Source: Myxococcales bacterium (GTDB lineage: Bacteria; Myxococcota_A; UBA9042). From it: DNA of 62,368 nucleotides. The notes under the pieces were generated by a model, which saw nothing but the letters and a program-made list of their open reading frames with translations, was not told the DNA's origin and made no database searches. The position numbers and the translations under genes are program-made. Position 1 is the stretch's first letter, and each line of letters opens with the position of its first letter. Shown piece after piece: positions 31,320 to 41,036 of the stretch. The stretch lies in NCBI GenBank assembly GCA_037441385.1, contig JBBISH010000023.1, forward strand, positions 1 through 62,368, read 5' to 3'.

Positions 31320-33625
31320 AAGCAGTATCACGCCTTGCCTCGCTATTGGCGGTCGCGCTAGCCGTCTTGAGTCTGGCCGCAGTTGCTGCCCTGGCAGTAC
31401 TTGGACCGGCACCAGCCAAAGAAGCGGTAGGCGCGAAGGCAATCGCTGGGGCCTCTAGTCGGGACGGAGAACGAGATATCCGTGAGCAGCTAACGGAGTT
31501 CATTCCATGGTGCTTCGGAATTGCTGGGCTCCTGAGTCTAGCAGCTGCGCACAGTAGCGTGCGCTCTGGTCGGCGGGGTGCCGAGGCCATCTCGTCGGCA
31601 GTTGCCGATGCAGGCAACTGGGAGGAATTGGCCGATACGCATGCGGACGTGCGGTGGTGGTCAGAGTTCACGGCCGATGTGAATCGCAAACGGTCGCGAG
31701 GACAACGTCCTGATGTCGAAGGGTGGTGGCTCGCTCAGCACGAGAAACTGGCGCACGAAGGGCTGCATACCACCCTTGTCGGCACGCTGATCGTGGTTGG
31801 TATCGTCTTTACTTTCATGGGGGTACGCGAGAGTACTGGGAAGCTTGTCGATGCTCTCACAAAGGGCTCGCAAACCCAGTCGGTGGGCAGCATACCTATC
31901 GACAAGGCGAGTCCAGGCACGTCGACGGGCGGTAGCCAGACGGAATCGAACTCACAGAAAATGCAGAAGGCCATTGCCGACGCCCTGTACCCTCTGCAAA
32001 ACGCCTTCGGCGCCAACCTCGTAGGCATCGTCTTCGCCCTCGGCCTCATGCTAGGCGGTGGCTGGCTCCGATTCGAAAGGCGCAAGACGCTCGAAGCACT
32101 GCGCCGCTGCCTGCTCGACGAGGTTGAGCCGCTGCTCGACGCGGAATGGGAGGCCGCGCGACAAGCGACTCACCAACAAGAAGCCGGGGAGATGATGGCG
32201 CAACTGGGCGGCTGGCAGGAGCGGGCCTTCCAACAACAATCAGAACATCACGGCCAACTTCTCATCGTTCTTCAAGAATTAGCCCGCACGGCCAAAGCAA
32301 CCCACGCGATCTCAGAGTCCACCGGTGACCGCATGGCCAGCATGGACGAAACCAATCGTGGACTCGCCGAGCACCTGGCGCAGCGCCTGACCACGCAACT
32401 GGCACCCGTCCTGCGCGAGCAGTTGGAGCCCTCGCTTGCCGCCCTCAGCGACTCCCTGCAGCGCATTGCCCAGCAGTCCAACGGGACGGCGCACGAAGTG
32501 GCCTCGGCCGCAGTCAACGCCGTTGCGGATCAAGTCAGGGCCAACTACGACGCTGCCCTGGAGAAGCTGACTGAAGTCGTCCAGGCTCTGGACGATTGGT
32601 CGGCGACCAACTTGCGTGCGCTGCGCGAGTCGAGTGAGTCGATGCGCGAAAGCGCCGTCGAACAGCAGTCCAGTTTCCGCTTGGCGAGTGCCGCCTTCGA
32701 CGGTCTGCGCACGGTGATGCCCGAACTCCAGGGCGTTGTTGAGGGGTTGGATGGCATCGTGACCTCGACCCACGCGCTGCTGCGCCAAGGTGAAGAGGGC
32801 AATGCCCGGGCCGCTGAGGGGCAACAACAGGCTGCGCAGGCACTTGCGGGGAACTCGCAGGCAGTCGCGGAGTCGCTCCAGCAGTTGCAGTCCCTCCCGG
32901 CGCACGTCCGGACAGCGCTCGACGCCAGCGCTAGGCATTTGGAAGGCGTGCTTGCGCGCTCTGATGCCGAGGCGCAAGCCCGGCTCTTGGCCATGCAGCA
33001 CACGATCGACCTGCTGGCCGAGCGCCAGGCCACCCAGGCCGCGACCACCCAGCAGGCGATTCGCGAATTTGCCGAGCAGATGGGGTCGGCGGTCGCTCAA
33101 GTCGTCGATCGAGCACGAGTTGGCCTGGGTGACGCCAGCGCTCAGGTTGCCGAGCAACTTCAGAATCTTGTTGAGCGATCCGGCGACTCTGTCGCAACGT
33201 CGGCCGAGGACCTTTCTGAAACCCTGTCGTCCGGCATCAAGGATCTGCACACGGCGTTTTCCACCTGGCGCGACGCCTTGACGAACATGGCCGGCGCCGT
33301 GCAACGCGAGTCGCTGCAGCAGGAACAGCGCATGGCCGCGGCATCGCGGGCCATCGAGACTACAGCGTCTGCATTGCGCCAATCGTCCGACGCCGTGCAG
33401 AAGCTGCCAGGCGAGATGAACTCGGGTTTTGGCAGGACGAACGACGACTTCCAGCGCCGGGTCAAGGCCGTGCTCGATAGCCTCACAATGGGGATAGACG
33501 GCCACTTGGCGAAATCTGTGGAACTGCTCGCGAGCGCGACTGTGAATTTGGAGGTGGCCGTCAAGCAGCTCGAACGCGTCACCAAGTCGCTTGAACAGAC
33601 GGCCGGCAAGTTGACCCGGACATAG
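31316..33625 (+). CDS. zorA: ZorA-like MotA/ExbB channel protein with long coiled-coil tail
   Basis: TM segments GIVFTFMG and AFGANLVGIVFAL, then ~500 aa helical tail; ATGA overlap with zorB. Confidence 0.78.
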   Translation: MKAVSRLASLLAVALAVLSLAAVAALAVLGPAPAKEAVGAKAIAGASSRDGERDIREQLTEFIPWCFGIAGLLSLAAAHSSVRSGRRGAEAISSAVADAGNWEELADTHADVRWWSEFTADVNRKRSRGQRPDVEGWWLAQHEKLAHEGLHTTLVGTLIVVGIVFTFMGVRESTGKLVDALTKGSQTQSVGSIPIDKASPGTSTGGSQTESNSQKMQKAIADALYPLQNAFGANLVGIVFALGLMLGGGWLRFERRKTLEALRRCLLDEVEPLLDAEWEAARQATHQQEAGEMMAQLGGWQERAFQQQSEHHGQLLIVLQELARTAKATHAISESTGDRMASMDETNRGLAEHLAQRLTTQLAPVLREQLEPSLAALSDSLQRIAQQSNGTAHEVASAAVNAVADQVRANYDAALEKLTEVVQALDDWSATNLRALRESSESMRESAVEQQSSFRLASAAFDGLRTVMPELQGVVEGLDGIVTSTHALLRQGEEGNARAAEGQQQAAQALAGNSQAVAESLQQLQSLPAHVRTALDASARHLEGVLARSDAEAQARLLAMQHTIDLLAERQATQAATTQQAIREFAEQMGSAVAQVVDRARVGLGDASAQVAEQLQNLVERSGDSVATSAEDLSETLSSGIKDLHTAFSTWRDALTNMAGAVQRESLQQEQRMAAASRAIETTASALRQSSDAVQKLPGEMNSGFGRTNDDFQRRVKAVLDSLTMGIDGHLAKSVELLASATVNLEVAVKQLERVTKSLEQTAGKLTRT

Positions 33626-33637
33626 ACAGGAATCGTC

Positions 33638-34831
33638 ATGGCGTTCGAACAGCTAGCCCGGGTTCACCACGAGCTTGCCAGGCGGTGGGCGCACTTGCCG
33701 CCCAAGGCGCCGCTGGCCCAGGCAGTCCCTGCCGACGCTGTGGCCGCGGCGGTTCGTCGTGTCCAGCATGGCCAGGCCGAGGCCATCGATGCGGAATTGC
33801 TGGCCCGATCCCTTGCGCAGGTCACCAAGTTCGGCATTCAGGCTGAGGCAGCCGTTGAGCGCTATTTGCGGAAGGTCGGCGCCGATGGCGAGTATTGGCT
33901 TCTTGGCCTAACGGATCCCGCGTTGCCCGGGGCCAGACGGGTCCCGTGGCTGAATATTGCCGCACAACACGGGTCCCTAACCGCCGCCGAGTTGGCGCTC
34001 GCCAAGTGGGTTGCCCTTCACGAAGAGTTCCGGGGCCCTCCGTCGGGATTCGTTGCTTTGGTCCCGCCAGCGCAGTGGTCAAGTTGGCTCGCCGACCATG
34101 GCCTCCGGGCTAGACTGCTGGTACCCCTTGCTCAATCTTTGCTGTTGTATGCGGAAACGTTTCCGCCAGCAAATCTGACACCGGCTCCGCTTCAGAATTG
34201 GCTCGATTCGCATGACATTCCTCGGATCATGTCCCGCACCCCGCCGAATTTGGCAGAGATCCGGCGCATTGGCGGACGGCTGCTATCAGCTTGCCACGCG
34301 CTTCTGCAAGGGCGGGTCGCCCAGCAGTTTCGAGCAGAGGTGCGCAAGGCCTGGCTCGAGTTGGACCCCGTTGGCCGCGCGTCCATGCGCAAGCTGACCG
34401 CCGCTGCCCTTGGCCTGAGCGACGCGGATTTCGCCCGCTTGCGGCGCCTGGAATCCGACGCGGAGTTCGACGCCTTCTTGGTAGACGCAGATCAGGACTA
34501 CAACTGGCGCGGTATGCGCGGGGACTTCTGGCGGCGTGAGCGATCGCGACTGCACCAACTCGGCTACTACATCGACCGCAGTGCCCACGGCGACCGCCTA
34601 GTGCTCACACTCGACGACGGTCGCTTTGCCGTTGAGTTCCTGGATGCCGGACCGTTGCTGTTTTTCGACGAGGGTCGCGTGTCGAAGGAGCTTGCCGACC
34701 GCGCGCTGGGCCCGATGCGCTCCAACAAGTTCAGGGAGACCTGCATGACCTGGAACAAGGTAGACCACCGTGGCAACTGGTATCCACGGGCGGTTGATGC
34801 ACTGATACAGTTTGCAGGAGCCCGAAAGTGA
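33638..34831 (+). CDS. zorC: ZorC-like EH-signature protein
   Basis: C-terminal R.DFW...VEF...G...H.GNW pattern and operon position. Confidence 0.7.
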   Translation: MAFEQLARVHHELARRWAHLPPKAPLAQAVPADAVAAAVRRVQHGQAEAIDAELLARSLAQVTKFGIQAEAAVERYLRKVGADGEYWLLGLTDPALPGARRVPWLNIAAQHGSLTAAELALAKWVALHEEFRGPPSGFVALVPPAQWSSWLADHGLRARLLVPLAQSLLLYAETFPPANLTPAPLQNWLDSHDIPRIMSRTPPNLAEIRRIGGRLLSACHALLQGRVAQQFRAEVRKAWLELDPVGRASMRKLTAAALGLSDADFARLRRLESDAEFDAFLVDADQDYNWRGMRGDFWRRERSRLHQLGYYIDRSAHGDRLVLTLDDGRFAVEFLDAGPLLFFDEGRVSKELADRALGPMRSNKFRETCMTWNKVDHRGNWYPRAVDALIQFAGARK

Positions 34832-37500
34832 AGTGGATTTCGACGCGCGACGGCATGGCCTGGAAGAAGCCCGGAGCCACAGACTGCGCCGCCAAGGCCT
34901 GGTTGCCGCTGGCTGAGGCAGAATTTTCGCCTTCGTTGCTCCTCGACTCCGAGTTCGCTGACCTAGCTCAACTGGATGCTCTTGCTGGCGAATTCGAGCT
35001 GCTGGAGCCATCAGGGCTCGTGGTCGTGCCGTGGGCAGTCTTGGAGGGGTTGGATGCCGAACGTTCGGACCTGCTTGGTCTTCCTCCGGTTGTTCGGCCG
35101 ACAGTCCGCCTTGTCGAATTCGGCGCCCCGTCGCTTGGGCGCTATCGCATCGAAGCCCGCTTGGACTGCGACCCGAATGGCCGGCTCCGGCGAGACCATG
35201 GCACCGTCTGGGCTGACGAGACTCTCATCGGGGCATTGCCGGCGTTGTGGCTGAGAACACTGGAGTTAGTTGATTCTGTTGTGGACATTCGCGAGCCCGA
35301 AGCCCGGACGGAAGCACTGTTCGCCATCGCGAAAAGCGCCAAGGAGTTCGATTGGCTGCTGCCAGATTCGCTGGCTTCGATGGTCGAGGTGGAACACTGG
35401 CGTCTGGAGCCCGAAGTCAGCACGCCAGATCAAGTAGTCTTGGAGGCAAGTTGGACGGACCCATCTCTTGACCATCTGGACCCGGAGGCGATTGCCACCT
35501 TGGCGCCCGCCGGCGGCCACGTCACCGAGAGAGTCGGCGGCAAGTGGAAGCGAATTCGCATCGGCCAGGCTGCACGGGACTCGATGCGCCAGGGACGGCG
35601 CCGCGTGCTGCGCGGCCAAGATGTCCCCAGGTTCATAGCGAATCCGGAAGCCATCTTGGGCGAACAGGCCGACGCCGTCGACCTGAATGACTTTTCCAAG
35701 CGAGTCAAGGGCCTGCTGCCGGCTGTCTACCGCTCGCGGCCGTACATTCGCGCTGAACCCTCTGGCGTTGACTGGTTTAGCGTCGAGGCAGGCGCGGAGC
35801 TCGAGAACCTCGATACTCCAACCGATTCAGCGGGCGTGTCTACTCCTGGTCCATCGCGCCTAAGGGGCGCGGCGTGGCGAGAATGCGTCGAACAGGCAGT
35901 GGCCGCGGGGGAGTCGTACGTTCAACTGGGTGCAGACTGGGTTCACGTCGAAGACGCGGCGGCAGAGTTCAAGCGGCTTCGCGCTCTTGAGGCCGCTTGC
36001 CCATCGGGCCGGGTGCATGCTTCGCAACTCCGGACCGTTCTCCAAATCTACGAGAACATTCATGAGCTTGAGTACGCCGAGTCTGTGGACCAGGGACCGC
36101 AGAGCCTGCCACCGGTGCTGCTGCCGGAGTGGTTCGCAATTCCACTCAAACAACACCAGGAACTGGGCCTGCGCTGGCTGTACGCCCACTACCAGACCGG
36201 CACGGGAGCAATCCTCGCGGACGAGATGGGCGTGGGCAAGACGGCGCAAATGCTTGCGCTTCTGAGCGTGGTCCGCGGCGACGGCCCGAGTTTGGTCGTG
36301 GCGCCGGCCGCGGTTGTCGCGCAATGGCCCGACGAGGCAGCCCGGTTTGCCCCTGGTCTTCGCGTGCGGGTAATCGAACGCGCAATTGAATTCGACCCGG
36401 CCGACGCCGTACCCGGCACCGTTTGGGTTGTTTCGTACGATGCCTTGCGGCGCGGCCAAGAGTGGCTTGCCCGCGTGCCTTGGTGCGTTGTCGCCTGCGA
36501 CGAGGCGCAGCGGGTCAAGAACAAGACGGCGCAGATCACCCACGTAGTCAAGGCCCTCAAGGCCAAGTTCCGGGTAGCCATATCGGGGACGCCAGTCGAA
36601 AACGGCCTCGGCGAGCTCTGGAACCTGTTTGACCTAGTGCGGCCTTCGCTCCTGGGGTGCTATCGCGAATTCGCCTCTGAATTCGAGGCTCCTATCATGC
36701 GCGGGGCCGATAGTGAAACGGTCCTGGCTCGGCTCACCAAGCGGACGAGCCCGTTTATCCTGAGACGGCTCAAGGCAAATCACATTCCGGGGCTGCCGGC
36801 ATTGACGACCGAGGTTGTGGAGGTGGCCTGCACCGCCAAGCAGCGTGCGATGATCGCCGCCAAGATAGCGGAATTGAAATCGACAGGTAGCCCAGGAATC
36901 TTCCTGGCGTATGCCAACTGGGTACAAAGGTGCCTTTTTGACCCTGCGCTGGTCGGCGGCCCGGACGACGTGTTGGCGCCCAAGCTGGCAAAGACCCTCG
37001 AAATTGTTGAAGAGGCTTGGAGGAAGGGCGAGCGAAGCATCGTCGTTGCCGAACAACTTGATGTGCAAGAACGACTTTCGCGTGCGCTGCTGCAACGCTA
37101 CGGCACCGCGCCTTACATGATCAACGGCGCCGTGGACACCGATGAGCGCCTTCGCCGGGTGAAGGCATTTGCCCATCACGGGTGCCCAGCGCTAGTCCTG
37201 AGTCCAAAGGCAGGTGGCGTTGGTCTGAATATCACCTCGGCAAATCACGTGATTCTGCCGACCAGGCTTTTCAACCCAGCTCCCGAAGACCAATCGATCG
37301 CCCGCGCGCACCGCATGGGCCAGCAGCGCGATGTCCACGTCTACGTGCTGACTGCCGTGGACGACCGCCCCACATTTGACCAAAAGCTGCATGCCTTGCT
37401 CTCGCGAAAGCGTGAACTGGCATCGACCACTTTGTATCCAATCGAGAAACTTGGATTGTCTGAGAAGGAGTTGTCAGCCGCACTGTTGGGCGGTGGCTAG
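34828..37500 (+). CDS. zorD: ZorD-like SNF2 helicase (no C-terminal nuclease seen)
   Basis: LADEMGVGKT, DEAQ, SGTPVEN, SPKAGGVGLNI and RAHRMGQ motifs; GTGA overlap with zorC. Confidence 0.78.
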   Translation: MKWISTRDGMAWKKPGATDCAAKAWLPLAEAEFSPSLLLDSEFADLAQLDALAGEFELLEPSGLVVVPWAVLEGLDAERSDLLGLPPVVRPTVRLVEFGAPSLGRYRIEARLDCDPNGRLRRDHGTVWADETLIGALPALWLRTLELVDSVVDIREPEARTEALFAIAKSAKEFDWLLPDSLASMVEVEHWRLEPEVSTPDQVVLEASWTDPSLDHLDPEAIATLAPAGGHVTERVGGKWKRIRIGQAARDSMRQGRRRVLRGQDVPRFIANPEAILGEQADAVDLNDFSKRVKGLLPAVYRSRPYIRAEPSGVDWFSVEAGAELENLDTPTDSAGVSTPGPSRLRGAAWRECVEQAVAAGESYVQLGADWVHVEDAAAEFKRLRALEAACPSGRVHASQLRTVLQIYENIHELEYAESVDQGPQSLPPVLLPEWFAIPLKQHQELGLRWLYAHYQTGTGAILADEMGVGKTAQMLALLSVVRGDGPSLVVAPAAVVAQWPDEAARFAPGLRVRVIERAIEFDPADAVPGTVWVVSYDALRRGQEWLARVPWCVVACDEAQRVKNKTAQITHVVKALKAKFRVAISGTPVENGLGELWNLFDLVRPSLLGCYREFASEFEAPIMRGADSETVLARLTKRTSPFILRRLKANHIPGLPALTTEVVEVACTAKQRAMIAAKIAELKSTGSPGIFLAYANWVQRCLFDPALVGGPDDVLAPKLAKTLEIVEEAWRKGERSIVVAEQLDVQERLSRALLQRYGTAPYMINGAVDTDERLRRVKAFAHHGCPALVLSPKAGGVGLNITSANHVILPTRLFNPAPEDQSIARAHRMGQQRDVHVYVLTAVDDRPTFDQKLHALLSRKRELASTTLYPIEKLGLSEKELSAALLGGG

Positions 37501-37575
37501 CTTTGGCGCCACCAACTGGTCCTCCGCCGCACGCGCAAGCCATTCCGCAACCTCGGGATCCTCACGGTGCCGCAT
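37474..37575 (-). pseudogene. Truncated HEPN-domain gene
   Basis: MRHREDPEVAEWLARAAED... overlaps the MNT stop and breaks off at the zorD 3' end. Confidence 0.65.
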
Positions 37576-37891
37576 AGATCACCCGCCCCGTAGCCTCCGC
37601 CGCGTGCGCCACGCTACTGCGCCAAGTGCGCAGCCGCGCGTACTCCGCCGGCGTCAACACCACCACCTCGCAGTCGACCCGGCAGTCGGCAGTGGCGCGC
37701 AGGGCCCGCGCGGTGCGACGGATCGCCGACTCCTCGGTCGGCGCCACCACCAGCAAATCCCAGTCGCTATCCGGACTTCCGGTACCTTGGGCGCGCGAGC
37801 CAAACCACACCGCGCGCTGCACATCAAAGACCGCGCGCAGGCGCTCGACCAGCCCTTGGGCAATCTTCTCGTCTTGCAGCAGGTCGGACAT
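37562..37891 (-). CDS. Minimal nucleotidyltransferase (MNT) antitoxin
   Basis: WFGSRAQG...SDWDLLVV motif; GGAGG RBS. Confidence 0.9.
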   Translation of the reverse strand: MSDLLQDEKIAQGLVERLRAVFDVQRAVWFGSRAQGTGSPDSDWDLLVVAPTEESAIRRTARALRATADCRVDCEVVVLTPAEYARLRTWRSSVAHAAEATGRVIYAAP

Positions 37892-38055
37892 GTGGCCTCC
37901 AGCCCTGGAGTCTAGGTTCGACCTTCAGGCGGTGCAAGCAAAACTCGGCGCCGTGGTGCCAGGTTCGCCCCCTTGCGGCCCCTGATCTTGTGGTTGAAAC
38001 CTGGTTGATCCAACGCGTGCAGAACCCAAAAATACCGTGTGTTCAGACTACTGTA

Positions 38056-38381
38056 GGACAAGTTGCGGCGCCGCAACTTGTCCCGCGCCAGGGATGCGAA
38101 CCCGAAGGGCGGCGTGCTACGCCGCTTCCGGCGCCAGTCGCCCCGGTTTCAGCGGCAGCCCCCGTCGCCGGAAGTCGCAGCCCAATCGGCCGTCAGGCCG
38201 AGGCGCCCATATCCGCCGTAGCCACGTCACTGTCGCCCACATCGCCGTCGTAGTGGCGCGGGCGCTCGACGCACGCAAATGCCCCCAGCCGCACCGGACT
38301 CGTGCGCATTCGACGTCGGGGATCTGCAACGGGTATCGGCTCCATCACGGTCGCGGTTATTTAGCCAGATCAACCACTTGG
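38056..38381. repeat. Composite repeat copy 1: site 9 (perfect GGACAAGTTGC GGCGCC GCAACTTGTCC, 38056-38083) through hairpin motif B (38317-38364)
   Basis: Extensive identity with 41037-41348. Confidence 0.9.
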
Positions 38382-38450
38382 GCGACCTTCTGCCAAGTCT
38401 GTTCAACCCCGCACCGCACGGTCCCGCGCCCAGCCGCCGCTCACCCTCAC

Positions 38451-38840
38451 CTACCGCTCCAAAGTCAGTTCGGCAATCCACCCCGACCGAGTCTGACCGG
38501 CGGCCCGCGCCTGCGCATCGAGTCGCGCCAGGATCCGCCGCGGCAGGGTGATGTTGACCCGGTCGACGTGGTCGTCGAGCAGCGCGGGGTCCACGTGCAC
38601 AAGGGCCAGCGTCCAGCCGGCAAATTCCGGGCGGGCGGCGATCTCGCTGAGGGGCGACGGTGCCGGCACGGTCTGGCCCGCGTCGAGCGCGGCGTCGATC
38701 CAAGCCGCAACGGCCTCCTCGGCATTGCCGACGGCTTCGTCCAGCGTGTCGCCGGCCGAAAAGCAGCCGGGCAGGTCCGGAACGACCACGCCCCAAGCCG
38801 TTTGGGCCGAGCCCGCCTCGATCGCGATGGGATATCTCAC
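38451..38840 (-). CDS. hicB: HicB antitoxin with C-terminal ribbon-helix-helix
   Basis: VVVPDLPGCFSAGDTLDEA and RVNITLP motifs. Confidence 0.92.
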   Translation of the reverse strand: MRYPIAIEAGSAQTAWGVVVPDLPGCFSAGDTLDEAVGNAEEAVAAWIDAALDAGQTVPAPSPLSEIAARPEFAGWTLALVHVDPALLDDHVDRVNITLPRRILARLDAQARAAGQTRSGWIAELTLER

Positions 38841-39052
38841 AGCGTCTCCTTCCCAGTATCGCTGGCCTGGCCCGTCAGGCCGGCTTGCTTCCGAATGGCC
38901 GCCACCAGGCCCTTGCCCAGCTCCTTCTTGGGGTGTGGCACCACCACGATGCCGGGCCGCTCGGCGTGCTTGAATACATGGTGCGAACCGCGCACCCGGT
39001 CCAGCACCCAGCCGGCCTTGGTCATTTCCAGGATGAGGGCGGCGCTCGTCAT
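38837..39052 (-). CDS. hicA: HicA toxin
   Basis: GW...RVRGSHHVFKH...VVVPHPKKEL motif. Confidence 0.92.
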   Translation of the reverse strand: MTSAALILEMTKAGWVLDRVRGSHHVFKHAERPGIVVVPHPKKELGKGLVAAIRKQAGLTGQASDTGKETL

Positions 39053-39054
39053 GA

Positions 39055-39088
39055 TGTGTATAATACACACGTGCGGCGGGCTTGGCAA
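39055..39088 (-). promoter_or_regulatory. hicAB promoter and operator
   Basis: TTGCCA-17 bp-TATTAT on the minus strand; TGTGTAT-A-ATACACA palindrome at 39055-39069. Confidence 0.75.
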
Positions 39089-39134
39089 GGAAGTCTGCCG
39101 CCTTGCGGCCTTGCTCGGCTGAGCGCATTCTTGG

Positions 39135-39236
39135 CCTGATCCTGATCCTGATCCTGATCCTGATCCTGATCCTGATCCTGATCCTGAACCTTGACCCGAA
39201 CCCGAACCCGAACCCGAGCCGGAGCCCAAGCCGGAA
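39135..39236. repeat. Hexamer microsatellite: (CCTGAT)x8 followed by 9 degenerate hexamers
   Basis: Read directly from the sequence. Confidence 0.95.
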
Positions 39237-39243
39237 CCGCAAG

Positions 39244-39807
39244 ATGCCGCCACCCTACACCATCGCCGTCCTCGACACCGAAACCACCGGCCTCTCCCCG
39301 TCCTACGACCGCGTAGTCGAAGTCTTCGTCCAGCTCCTCCTCGTCGACGCCGACGGCCAGTTCATCGATTTCCCCGGCCACTACCACAGCCTGCACGACC
39401 CCGGCCGGCCGATCCCGCGCGAGGCCACCTACGTGCATGGCATCACCAACGCGATGGTGCGCGGCCACCGCATCGACGACCGCGCCCTGGCCGAACTCCT
39501 GGCCCGCGCCCAACTCGTGGTGGCCCACAACTCCGGTTTCGACAAGGGCTTCATCCGCCAGCACGTGCCCAGCTGCGACGCGCTGACCTGGGGCTGCTCG
39601 TGCCGCGGCATCCCGTGGAAGACCCTGTATCCCCAGCTGTGGAGTACCTCGCTCCCCGAACTGGCCCAGGCCCTGCGCGTCCCGGCCGGCACCGCCCACC
39701 GCGCCCAGGGCGACGTGGAGACCACCTGCCGCCTGCTGCTCCAGCCTAGCCCCGACGGCGCGCCGCACTTGCGCCACCTGCTGCGGAAAAAGCTCAAGAT
39801 CCGCTAA
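39244..39807 (+). CDS. DEDDh 3'-5' exonuclease (DnaQ-like)
   Basis: LDTETTG, AHNSGFD and HRAQGD motifs. Confidence 0.9.
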   Translation: MPPPYTIAVLDTETTGLSPSYDRVVEVFVQLLLVDADGQFIDFPGHYHSLHDPGRPIPREATYVHGITNAMVRGHRIDDRALAELLARAQLVVAHNSGFDKGFIRQHVPSCDALTWGCSCRGIPWKTLYPQLWSTSLPELAQALRVPAGTAHRAQGDVETTCRLLLQPSPDGAPHLRHLLRKKLKIR

Positions 39808-39929
39808 AAAGTGAGCCGCACCAGCTGGCTGGCCGCAAGGCCGGCTGCGCGGTGGGGCTTCGCAAACTCAGGCGTGGCTTTCAGCCGCCGGCCTTCACAC
39901 ACCCACCACGCCGGCCCACGCCCACCCCG

Positions 39930-40922
39930 TCACCCCACCGCCCGCAGCACCGCCCGGTCAAACTCCGCACCCTTCTGCTCCAACTCCGCCTCGGACCGGC
40001 CAACCCGCCGCTGCAACGCGCGCAACTGTTCGGCCAGCATCGCCAATTCGTGCACGCGCACCTGCGGCACCGTGACCTCTGCCCCGCCCGCCGCGCGGTA
40101 GGCCGACACCAGCTGCGCCAGGCCATCGGCCAGGCCAAAGGGCAGGCGCCGGCCGCGGGTCAGCACCGCCAGGTCGGCGGCGGGGTCGCCCAGGCTGGCG
40201 AATTCCCAGTCGATAAGCCCAGGCGGCTCGTTGCCAAACAAGTCGCGCAGCACATTCTGCCCCAGCAAATCGCCGTGCAGCAGCACTGCGGGCAGGGAGT
40301 CGCGCTGGCCTGGCACGGCATCGGGCAGGTGCTCAGTCGCCCACGCCGCCGCGAGGTCCGCGCTGGGGCGCCCCAGTTCACGCAGCGCGGCCAGCGCTTC
40401 CTCGGCATGGGCGCGGCGGGTGCGCTGGCCGCCGAACCAGGTCCACTCGCTGGCGATGTCTGCAAGGGGCAGCCCATGCACGCCGGCGGCAACTTGCGCC
40501 AGCAATTCCAGGTGCTCGGCCGGCTGTGGCTTGCCCGATACCGGCTGCACGGGCCAGCCTATCACTTGGCTGTAGACGGCCACCGGCCCCTCGCCGCCGT
40601 CCAGCAGGCCAATCGGTTTCGGCGCCCGAAACGGCAGTGCCAGGCCCTGCAAACGCGTCAACAGGGCGAATTCACGGCGGGCCCTCGCTGGATAGTCGTG
40701 GTCGGCGTCCCTCTTGGGCACCAGCACCACCGCGGACTCGAGCAATGCGCCTTGCGGCCGGCTGGCCTCCAAGTGCGCCAGGTAACCGCTGCGCGACAAG
40801 CCCCCGCCCAGCCAAAGCAGCCGGTCAAACGTGACCGACCCCGGCGCAAAGCGTTGGTCCAGGACGCGGCGCAGCGCTTGCCGGGCCCGCAGCAGGTCGG
40901 GGTGGAAGTGGCGCTTGGACAC
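39930..40922 (-). CDS. APH/choline kinase-family phosphotransferase
   Basis: LLHGDLLGQN and IDWEFA.LGDP motifs. Confidence 0.85.
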   Translation of the reverse strand: MSKRHFHPDLLRARQALRRVLDQRFAPGSVTFDRLLWLGGGLSRSGYLAHLEASRPQGALLESAVVLVPKRDADHDYPARARREFALLTRLQGLALPFRAPKPIGLLDGGEGPVAVYSQVIGWPVQPVSGKPQPAEHLELLAQVAAGVHGLPLADIASEWTWFGGQRTRRAHAEEALAALRELGRPSADLAAAWATEHLPDAVPGQRDSLPAVLLHGDLLGQNVLRDLFGNEPPGLIDWEFASLGDPAADLAVLTRGRRLPFGLADGLAQLVSAYRAAGGAEVTVPQVRVHELAMLAEQLRALQRRVGRSEAELEQKGAEFDRAVLRAVG

Positions 40923-41036
40923 GGTGCACCTTGGGACAGGTCAACGTCCTTCCGCCGGAAGGTTGCCGGAATGCGTGGCCTGTGGCTAGATCGTTTTGGC
41001 GACCGCCAAGAAATCGCCTTTTGTCAGTCTATTGCT

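Noticed and set aside
39082..39243. ILILIL hydrophobic N-terminus on the exonuclease
   Set aside because: Most simply a by-product of the microsatellite; the DEDDh domain starts just after ATG 39244.
39930..40922. Aminoglycoside resistance gene
   Set aside because: Only generic APH/choline-kinase motifs; the substrate cannot be inferred.
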